Origin: a virus
DNA length: 64,000 bases
IMG/VR virus record: IMGVR_UViG_3300035099_000047
Location: 96,001-160,000 of that record
Strand: one strand, 5' to 3'
Notes under the pieces: generated by a model
What the model was told of the DNA's origin: nothing
Databases searched by the model: none
The model's input: the letters and a program-made list of their open reading frames with translations, nothing else
Position numbers and translations under genes: made by a program
Shown here: positions 57,347 through 64,000 of the stretch, one piece after another
How positions within the stretch are numbered: the stretch's first letter is position 1
Layout: every line of letters starts with the position of its first letter

Positions 57347-57835
57347 CTAGTATTCTTTCACCGATTTCGCAACATCATAACGATGCAACGCTTCTTCACC
57401 CTTTTTAGTGATTTGATACACATACCGACCAGGGGGACCAAAACGAGTTATCCAACCCAATGGCCTAACCACTCGGATCCGTCTCCCAAGAAGCCCAACC
57501 CGAGTTCCAGCCCGTGATTTATACTCAGGATCATACCAATCACCAAGCCTGAGCAAGGATCCAGAAAGGGTTAAGTCGGACCTCCTCGCCTGCTCCCTCT
57601 TGTATCCATAAGGTCCTGAACACGCAGGAAATTCAGGATATTTACGGCGAATCTTTTCACATCTACGGCGCATCTCTTCCCAAACAGCCCTGTGATAAGC
57701 CCGGCGCAGTTCGTCCCAAGTACACCCTTTCAAAGCCACCCGTAACAATGCGGCTTGGTAGTCCGTAGGAAATGGGTCCATGCGGGAACCTTCAAGCAGT
57801 TGGTCTACCAACTGTTGGATCACAGGGACGCTCAC
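57347..57835 (-). CDS. Leader-tagged winged-helix protein (distal paralog)
   Basis: IQQLVDQLLE; LLRVALKGCTWDEL...GWITRFGPPGRYVYQITKKGEEALHRYD. Confidence 0.75.
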   Translation of the reverse strand: MSVPVIQQLVDQLLEGSRMDPFPTDYQAALLRVALKGCTWDELRRAYHRAVWEEMRRRCEKIRRKYPEFPACSGPYGYKREQARRSDLTLSGSLLRLGDWYDPEYKSRAGTRVGLLGRRIRVVRPLGWITRFGPPGRYVYQITKKGEEALHRYDVAKSVKEY

Positions 57836-57872
57836 GTTTAACCCACCTAGCTGGCCGTTTAACAAGCGATAG

Positions 57873-58289
57873 TTACCCAGTCGGAGCTTTACTACCTACC
57901 TCCAACAAATCAGCGGGAACGGCTTGTACAGCATATAGCCAAGGGTGATTGGGTAACCATTCAGCTGTGTTAGTAATACGGTACTGACCTGGGCCTAACT
58001 CTTCAACCATACTCACATGCATCGAATCCCCCCGCTGCCATCCTAGCAAGTAAACCACCTTTTTAGCTCCTCCAGCAGTCTGTTCAACTCGATGGCGGTA
58101 TAGAACCCTCATGCCAGGCTTGTAAAACTGGGTCAATATGGCCTTGCCTTGCTCATCAACCAAATCAATTAAACTCAATCGACTACGATCAATTTCCTCT
58201 GAAGAACGCTCTACACCGGTGAATGGATCAAATTGGTGAAACACAGTGTTGTCTGTGTACTCTGCCATCCAACGAAGTTCCATAATCAT
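57873..58289 (-). CDS. Hypothetical protein
   Basis: 138-aa ORF with GGAG SD. Confidence 0.65.
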   Translation of the reverse strand: MIMELRWMAEYTDNTVFHQFDPFTGVERSSEEIDRSRLSLIDLVDEQGKAILTQFYKPGMRVLYRHRVEQTAGGAKKVVYLLGWQRGDSMHVSMVEELGPGQYRITNTAEWLPNHPWLYAVQAVPADLLEVGSKAPTG

Positions 58290-58313
58290 TCTCCGGTTTA
58301 TATCATTAACAGG

Positions 58314-58880
58314 TTAGGTTTCATCATATTTCCAGGTTAGCGTTTCTCCAGGCGTGGCTCCAGGACTCGCTGTCGCACCTACAACCACTTGATAAACAAC
58401 CAGATTCCCAAAATCTCCGGTATTTGGACCTTTAATCTCCCCATCCACGCTCATAGGGGACGCACTCGTGAAACTAAAAGCGTCTTTCACGTAAACACCA
58501 CTACCCAAGTCAATCAATCCGGCGTGGTTAGCATGGGACAACTCAGTACCAGTCACCCCTGGTGTACCAGTGGCCTGAACATAGCTACTCGCCTGACCCA
58601 CCACACAACTCACTCCAGTACCAAACGAGTTGACACCATCGGTATACCAGCGGATATTGTTGATAGTACCCGACGGTGGGTAACCAGTAACCACATACAA
58701 TCTGGTCGTTACCCAATAGCTGTAATTGGAGCCAGAAGATGGAATCTGAATGGGATTGGTGGTACCCATTTCACTGTGGGCATCTTCTGCATTGGCTCGG
58801 GTGTTTTTACCCGTGATGTCTGTGTAGCTAGGGGTCGTTCCCGTCCAGCGACGAATTTGAACTGTAGCTGACATTGGCAA
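58314..58880 (-). CDS. Putative virion structural protein (T/S/G-rich, beta)
   Basis: AAGGAG SD; ends TWKYDET; composition. Confidence 0.7.
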   Translation of the reverse strand: MPMSATVQIRRWTGTTPSYTDITGKNTRANAEDAHSEMGTTNPIQIPSSGSNYSYWVTTRLYVVTGYPPSGTINNIRWYTDGVNSFGTGVSCVVGQASSYVQATGTPGVTGTELSHANHAGLIDLGSGVYVKDAFSFTSASPMSVDGEIKGPNTGDFGNLVVYQVVVGATASPGATPGETLTWKYDET

Positions 58881-58906
58881 TCTCCTTTATGGGTTTTGTC
58901 CGGTTT

Positions 58907-59095
58907 CTACTTGAGCAACGAAGTCAATTTCAATTACCCTTCCATTTCAGAATCCAAGTCCAAGGTTTCCGTTACATCGGAAGTCAATTTCAAAACATCC
59001 AATATCTCAGAATCCAAGAGGAGTTTTACAACTCCAATTATTGGACCTTTTTCCGCAAACGGTGGCCATAGGTTGACAATTCTCACCAGCTTCAT
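58907..59095 (-). pseudogene. Small 10-aa-repeat protein with an in-frame TAA (58934-58936)
   Basis: LLLDSEILDV LKLTSDVTET LDLDSEMEG* LKLTSLLK; 60-bp-period DNA repeat at 58920-59018. Confidence 0.55.
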
Positions 59096-59757
59096 GACGG
59101 CGCTCCAAGGCTTTCCCTCCCGGCACCGTCATCACTGATGGCCTGGGTTGTAACCGTGGCCCCCGCCTCGGTCTTAACGGTGATCGCGCTTGGCGTCTTG
59201 TCGGCTCGGCGGAAGCGCTGCACAAGCCACATCAGCCATCCGGGGAATGTCGTCGGCTTGGCAGTTGGCTCGGTCGCAGTGATTGCATCTAAGCCAGTTG
59301 GAGCAAGTGAGTACCCCGCTTTACTATTGTCTGCAACAACTGCTCCGACCAAACCTGCATACTCACCTTCACCCATCTGCACTCCATTATTGTCGTTCAT
59401 GGCCACAATAAAACCTTCGGCTTTTCCCGGTGCTGCCCGGCATTTCAACGAGCGTCCCGTCCCAGGTACGTGCAAGTTTCCGCTTTCCTCCAAGTGTTCA
59501 CGGTAAAGTATTCCATGGACAAAGGGCGATACTGTCAGGTCAATTTCCCAATTGCCGTCGTCGTCATGAGTCATCGCATTGCCGGTCTTGGCAACCTGCC
59601 AAGTCTGATCTGAATTGCGCCAATACTTACCAGCGTTGACCCCACTCTTGGCTCGTAGATAGTAGTTCACCGTCCCACTCGTGATGGGTGAGCCGTCTGC
59701 GCGAGCGACGCAAGGCAACTCACGATGCGTTTCACCAGCATCGATGTACTCGTACAT
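59092..59757 (-). CDS. Putative virion structural protein
   Basis: 221 aa, beta-rich N-terminus, in the fibre region. Confidence 0.6.
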   Translation of the reverse strand: MYEYIDAGETHRELPCVARADGSPITSGTVNYYLRAKSGVNAGKYWRNSDQTWQVAKTGNAMTHDDDGNWEIDLTVSPFVHGILYREHLEESGNLHVPGTGRSLKCRAAPGKAEGFIVAMNDNNGVQMGEGEYAGLVGAVVADNSKAGYSLAPTGLDAITATEPTAKPTTFPGWLMWLVQRFRRADKTPSAITVKTEAGATVTTQAISDDGAGRESLGAPS

Positions 59758-59759
59758 AG

Positions 59760-61052
59760 CTACAGCCCCGGTGTATCCAAAAGGGTCTGAGTTGCAGCAG
59801 GTTTTTCCGCAGTAACCACCATCTCGTAACTCATCGCCGGATCATCGCGGTAAGTCTTAATCTGCACGTTGACCAGACCCGCAGCTTCAGCAAGCGACTT
59901 CGCAACCGCTGGAGTAAACCCGAACAGGTGCAAGTTCAATTTCCTTGGACACTCAGGATTCTCTTGAGCCCCAAATAACACGTTGTACACATCCCCATCA
60001 ACGTGTCCATCAAGGATATGCCCGGCAGCCCATTCAAGATTGGGCAAAATATGTTCTACACAACCTCCCGGCTTGAGAATGCGAGTAATTTCTCCCCATA
60101 CACGTTCCTGGTCCCAACGGCCTATATGCTCCAAATGATGGCTACTTGCCACCATATCAAAAGTGTCATCCGGAAAATTGAGCAGCCTAGTGTCCATCAC
60201 ATAATCAGGTTTCACTTCCTGCCGCAAGTCAGTCGTGACTGTCTTGTAGCCATCCCATTCTCGACGCTTAGAACCGGCTCCCAAATCCAAGACAGTTTTC
60301 AGCTTGGACTCCCTAGCCTTCTTCTCCTGCATCCAATGGCATCGCTGAATCGGTGGCGAGTCGTCTGGTAACCCATAGATCATCCCGGTGGAATGGTCAA
60401 TATGCCCACACAAGACGGATGTATCTACAAGTATCTTCGCGTTCGCTTCTTCCACGGCACGGCGGCAGAAGTACAGGTCTTCAGTTCCGCGGTGCTTGGT
60501 AAAACAATCACCACTGATCTTGAACTCACACGTTGTTTTGTACCACGGGTTGTCCGAAGAATAAGGCAGCCGATCAAAAAGGCTTAGCTTTACCAGCGTC
60601 ATGCCGGAGTGCAGTGCCTTAATGTTGAAAAGCAGATCTCCCAGCGCCCAGTCCCAATAAGGGCCAATGCCGAACTCTGTGTAGATCAATGGCTCAGGCG
60701 GGCTGGACTTTGAGCAGTAAACCCCGGCTACAATGTCCATTTCAGGGAAGCAAGACGCTCGGTACCACAGTTTCGTCAGGGCATCCCAGTAAGGTATGGT
60801 GTCGTAATCCAAAAAACAGATATACTCAGGACGAGGCTTATGTTCTCTAGCAAACTGGACAGCCTTGTTCCTGGCTTCATCTACCTCCATACCATCGGCT
60901 AGAATCTCGAAGCTGTTGAAATTAGTGGGAGTTGCCAGTGACATGCGGGCTCGATGCCATTCCACGGTAACTGGCTCTAGCCGCAGCCCATTCGGCCCCG
61001 GAATCTTAGGTATTGGAGTGCAAATAGCACAGCCAATCTTGCCAGACATCAC
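59760..61052 (-). CDS. GT2-like glycosyltransferase fused to a class I SAM methyltransferase
   Basis: ARNKAV...FLDYD...TEDLYFC...CGH; VLDLGAG...SHHLEH...RILKPGG. Confidence 0.88.
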   Translation of the reverse strand: MMSGKIGCAICTPIPKIPGPNGLRLEPVTVEWHRARMSLATPTNFNSFEILADGMEVDEARNKAVQFAREHKPRPEYICFLDYDTIPYWDALTKLWYRASCFPEMDIVAGVYCSKSSPPEPLIYTEFGIGPYWDWALGDLLFNIKALHSGMTLVKLSLFDRLPYSSDNPWYKTTCEFKISGDCFTKHRGTEDLYFCRRAVEEANAKILVDTSVLCGHIDHSTGMIYGLPDDSPPIQRCHWMQEKKARESKLKTVLDLGAGSKRREWDGYKTVTTDLRQEVKPDYVMDTRLLNFPDDTFDMVASSHHLEHIGRWDQERVWGEITRILKPGGCVEHILPNLEWAAGHILDGHVDGDVYNVLFGAQENPECPRKLNLHLFGFTPAVAKSLAEAAGLVNVQIKTYRDDPAMSYEMVVTAEKPAATQTLLDTPGL

Positions 61053-61070
61053 ACTTTTTCCTTCCCTTGG

Positions 61071-61652
61071 TTACGCCGTTTGTGGGATGATCGAATAGGT
61101 CAAGTTGAACGTATCGGAGGCACCCTTGTTGATTGAGGCTGTGCCAAGAACTTTGCGAGCGATCATTGAGCCCGTATAGGTGTTGGTCTGGAAAATACCC
61201 ACCTCATTGATAACACATGCGTTCCCGTCACTGGCAAATGAGGCTAGGTAGTTCAAGCTAGCTCCACTTGTCGCCCGGGAAAAAGTACCACAAACCTGGG
61301 TGGAAGCGCCAAGCGATGCGTCGTTGCTCGCCACAGCAGTTGTACTAGTTCCCACCACACAAGTATTTGCGTAAGCCGACGCACCACCAGCATCGGTTGC
61401 CAGCATCTTGATAAGCCGATCCAGGCCGTAGCTGACCACCATATTGCCCCTTGAAAAACCCTTAGCCTTACTCTCTCCATCAGGGCCAAACTGTTCCCAC
61501 TGCACTGAGTTAGACAAGACAATGTTCCTGTGTGGAGCTGGGTTGCATTGCTCGCCTTCCCGAACAATCGGCTTGCGAGTGATACCTTCAAGTAACGAAA
61601 CGCTCATGTTCCTCTCCCTTTTGATTGACGTGAATTTGAACACTGTCACCAA
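61071..61652 (-). CDS. Putative tail/fibre-associated structural protein
   Basis: NMVVSYG...VGT...INEVGIF...MIARKV...INKGASDTFNLTY. Confidence 0.7.
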   Translation of the reverse strand: MVTVFKFTSIKRERNMSVSLLEGITRKPIVREGEQCNPAPHRNIVLSNSVQWEQFGPDGESKAKGFSRGNMVVSYGLDRLIKMLATDAGGASAYANTCVVGTSTTAVASNDASLGASTQVCGTFSRATSGASLNYLASFASDGNACVINEVGIFQTNTYTGSMIARKVLGTASINKGASDTFNLTYSIIPQTA

Positions 61653-61818
61653 ATCCTATTGAACTACTAGTCGGTTGGCCCTTTTTCATTCTGCTGGATT
61701 CAATGAGATCGAGTGCATTGGAAATCGCCTCAATATCGCGATCCGAACACTCGTCCAAGATCGAAAGCAGCCGATTGGTCAATTCACTTTTCCGGTTTGT
61801 ATTTTCCCACTCAAACAT
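61588..61818 (-). CDS. Hypothetical protein
   Basis: 76-aa ORF coupled to its neighbours. Confidence 0.45.
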   Translation of the reverse strand: MFEWENTNRKSELTNRLLSILDECSDRDIEAISNALDLIESSRMKKGQPTSSSIGFGDSVQIHVNQKGEEHERFVT

Positions 61819-62983
61819 TCATCAGCACCCTTTGCAAGATAAAAGAGTAAGGAACTCGCCCAAGCGCAGCTATAAGCACAATAGCTGAATCACTCAATCC
61901 CAAACTGTCCGCCACTGCTCGTCGCACAGCAACAGAGCGCAATACAGCATCCCCTATTGCAACACTGTCACTCACTAAAAGCATAAAGGCAACAGTCCTT
62001 GTCACAGAGTCAGAAAAAGGCATGTTATCAAAAACAGACCGCTTAGCAACAGCTTCCCGAGCGGATACATCCCCTACAATCAAATTGTCACTTGTGAACC
62101 TCTTAGCAGCAGCTTCCCGAGTGGAAGTATCCCACAAAGCGAGGCTTTCTCCCACTAAGCGTCTATAGGCAGCAGTCCTCAACGTGGTATCAGAGAGTCC
62201 AAAAAGGTCGCTTGTAACAATTGAATGAACCCCGGCACCAATGAGCTGGACAATAAGATCTTCGGCCAGACCCACATTGTCCATAATTGCCCGGAGCGAC
62301 TTAGCCACTTTCGTGGCGCTATCAGCCAACCCAAGATTTTCAACCAACAACCGCAAATAAGCAACTTTCTGCAATAGGCCATCGCTCATTGCCACGCCAT
62401 CACTCACAACCCTCAGAGATGCCGCCGTCTTATAAGCAGCATCCAATACCGTCAAATTGTCACTCGCTACACGTTTGCAAAGAGCATCCCTGCTTACAGA
62501 ATCGGAAAAAAGTACACTATCGAAGGCAGACCGCCTAGCGGTGACAACCTTAGCACACAAATCAGCCAACCCAAGAAAGTCAAGGATGGCAAGCACCTTG
62601 GCTGCAATAGTAGACACAGAATCGGTTAGAGCAAGATCGTCGCTCGCTATACGCAACGAAACGGCTTTCTTGCTGAACATGTCACTCAACCCCAAACCAT
62701 CGGATGATACCCGTTGGCCAACCACAACTCGATCTAGTGTTTCAACCATTGCAAGTACATCAGATATACCCCTGGAGGATGTGAGCACCCTGACCAAATC
62801 CTCTGCTAGACCCACAGAGTCGCTCACGGTGCGATTATATGCTGTGCCACCTGCCACTATTACAACTGGAAGTGCCCAGGCTGTTGTTACCCAATCATCA
62901 AGTGACACAGCTCCTGTTGCAATGACCGGTGGTCCTTGCGAAGAACTAACCCAGTTGTCTAAAGCTCCAATACCCATAGTCAA
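61811..62983 (-). CDS. Tandem 20-aa-repeat fibre-like protein
   Basis: About 16 repeats of R-x-x-S-D-x-L-x-L-x-D. Confidence 0.75.
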   Translation of the reverse strand: MTMGIGALDNWVSSSQGPPVIATGAVSLDDWVTTAWALPVVIVAGGTAYNRTVSDSVGLAEDLVRVLTSSRGISDVLAMVETLDRVVVGQRVSSDGLGLSDMFSKKAVSLRIASDDLALTDSVSTIAAKVLAILDFLGLADLCAKVVTARRSAFDSVLFSDSVSRDALCKRVASDNLTVLDAAYKTAASLRVVSDGVAMSDGLLQKVAYLRLLVENLGLADSATKVAKSLRAIMDNVGLAEDLIVQLIGAGVHSIVTSDLFGLSDTTLRTAAYRRLVGESLALWDTSTREAAAKRFTSDNLIVGDVSAREAVAKRSVFDNMPFSDSVTRTVAFMLLVSDSVAIGDAVLRSVAVRRAVADSLGLSDSAIVLIAALGRVPYSFILQRVLMNV

Positions 62984-64000
62984 GCGTAAGCAATGTCATC
63001 AATGTAGACCGCATCGTCTATCGCATGTGTCCCTTGCTCAACTTCAATGCGAACGAGACAGAACCCAGTTGCCGTAGGTGTAACAGGCGTAGCAGTAAAT
63101 TGATGATAACTGCCGTCATCTGTTAGCGTTACGGTTTCACTGTTATTTTTTATAGTTGTTTGATCCGTATCATAAATCGTACATTTCAAAGATCCATTGA
63201 ACCCAGTAGCAATTTTGTGATAAAAACTCAAGGTAAAAGGAATGGATGCTGTCGTTGGAACCAAAAAATACCAGTAACCGTAATTGTTAGTGCTCGAAGG
63301 CACCAATTTAGCACACGTCCCCGACCCACCACGAGCGTTGGCTCCTGTTTCCTTTGATAAGGTTAAGGGACCAGAAGCCTGACCCAGAGTATTTTGAACT
63401 TCGATCACCTGCCACCAATACATTTGCCCCGTGCCGGTCCCTCCCGTATTGCCTCCGCAACCCCGCACTCGCACCACGAGTGGACGGTCGTAAGTTACAT
63501 CATAGCTGGCCGTGTCGGTGTGCCAGGCGGTATCCGCAATGGAGAACGCGGAACTCGACGCCAATAACTCACCGCTCGCCTTCCAGTTTTTGTTGGGATC
63601 GCAAATCTCAATACGCGGGGCAGTCACCCAGCCGCTTGTGGTCGTGACTTTGTGGTACACCGTCACCGTGAGCGTCTTGCCGGCTTTGCCCATCACCGGG
63701 AACTCAACCCAGAAGTCTCGATCAGAGTCCTCGGCAGTTGAAACGTGAACATAAGTAAGCGAAACAGGTGGAGTGCCGTGAACCCCGACATCCCACGCCG
63801 CCGTCTTTGTGAACCCTCCTGGGCACCACCAGCCTACGTTGCCTGGTAGGATAGCGTGAGTGACTGGATCACAGAGGTCAGTGATGCCAACAACGACTTC
63901 GCCGTAATCGGGAACGTCGAAACTGGACTGCTTATAATAGGCCACCTGTGTCACATCTTGCAGCGACACTCCCCAGCCCTCGATATGGCTGCCGCTGAGG
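62980..64000 (-). CDS. Tail fibre/receptor-binding-like protein with carbohydrate-binding-like jelly-roll domains, 5' end outside the window
   Basis: Frame open to the window edge; T/G/W-rich; FTLSFYHK...YIDDI. Confidence 0.65.
   Translation of the reverse strand, partial: LSGSHIEGWGVSLQDVTQVAYYKQSSFDVPDYGEVVVGITDLCDPVTHAILPGNVGWWCPGGFTKTAAWDVGVHGTPPVSLTYVHVSTAEDSDRDFWVEFPVMGKAGKTLTVTVYHKVTTTSGWVTAPRIEICDPNKNWKASGELLASSSAFSIADTAWHTDTASYDVTYDRPLVVRVRGCGGNTGGTGTGQMYWWQVIEVQNTLGQASGPLTLSKETGANARGGSGTCAKLVPSSTNNYGYWYFLVPTTASIPFTLSFYHKIATGFNGSLKCTIYDTDQTTIKNNSETVTLTDDGSYHQFTATPVTPTATGFCLVRIEVEQGTHAIDDAVYIDDIAYA

Noticed and set aside
3827-57835. Leader DNA as a CRISPR repeat or attC-like site
   Set aside because: Conservation is at amino-acid level with synonymous variation; there is no palindrome, no fixed spacing, and no cas or integrase gene in the window.
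8604-58936. Genome-wide stop-codon reassignment
   Set aside because: TGA, TAA and TAG all terminate many clear genes with tight coupling, and the few in-frame stops are of different types.
17-63748. All plus-strand ORFs in the track
   Set aside because: They are antisense shadows of tightly packed minus-strand genes, with no recognisable motifs.
1-64000. tRNA/rRNA genes, portal, terminase, T4 late promoter TATAAATA
   Set aside because: None recognised by eye; intergenic gaps are mostly too short, and portal and terminase presumably lie outside the window.

Overview
This window is a 64-kb segment of a large myophage with T4-like morphogenesis genes; essentially all real genes lie on the minus strand. 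Recognisable core genes are the tail sheath (gp18, cut by the window edge), a gp15-like tail terminator, gp14- and gp13-like neck proteins (the latter with a 492-aa HNH/C2H2-zinc-finger intein), the gp23-like major capsid protein, a gp21-like prohead protease fused to a helical scaffold, acidic core-like proteins and tail/fibre-like genes at the right end. There is also a ~16-gene glycan synthesis/modification block containing a sigma-70 factor, a cysteine-protease/thioredoxin/membrane-protein block, an orphan HicB, a stand-alone TnpB and a degenerate ArgB. From recalled family sequence style I infer a Planctomycetota-like host, which is unverified. The main finding is that about 35-40 otherwise unrelated ORFs share an N-terminal leader, M-x-x-F-E-x-(A/L/Q)-V-x-x-L-(L/V/I)-(x)-E. 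It ends in the L-x-E cleavage motif of gp21-type proteases and is absent from the glycan, secreted-protease and tail genes. I interpret it as a capsid-targeting signal for a large, modular and actively reshuffled set of internal head proteins. The cargo includes winged-helix paralogs, an 'ELPxEHQxxLLxxAFP' family, an ADP-ribosyltransferase-like domain, phosphatase/HD/ATP-grasp enzymes and a protein with a masked Tat-like peptide. Several frameshifts and in-frame stops could be assembly errors, so the recoding ideas below are hypotheses only.
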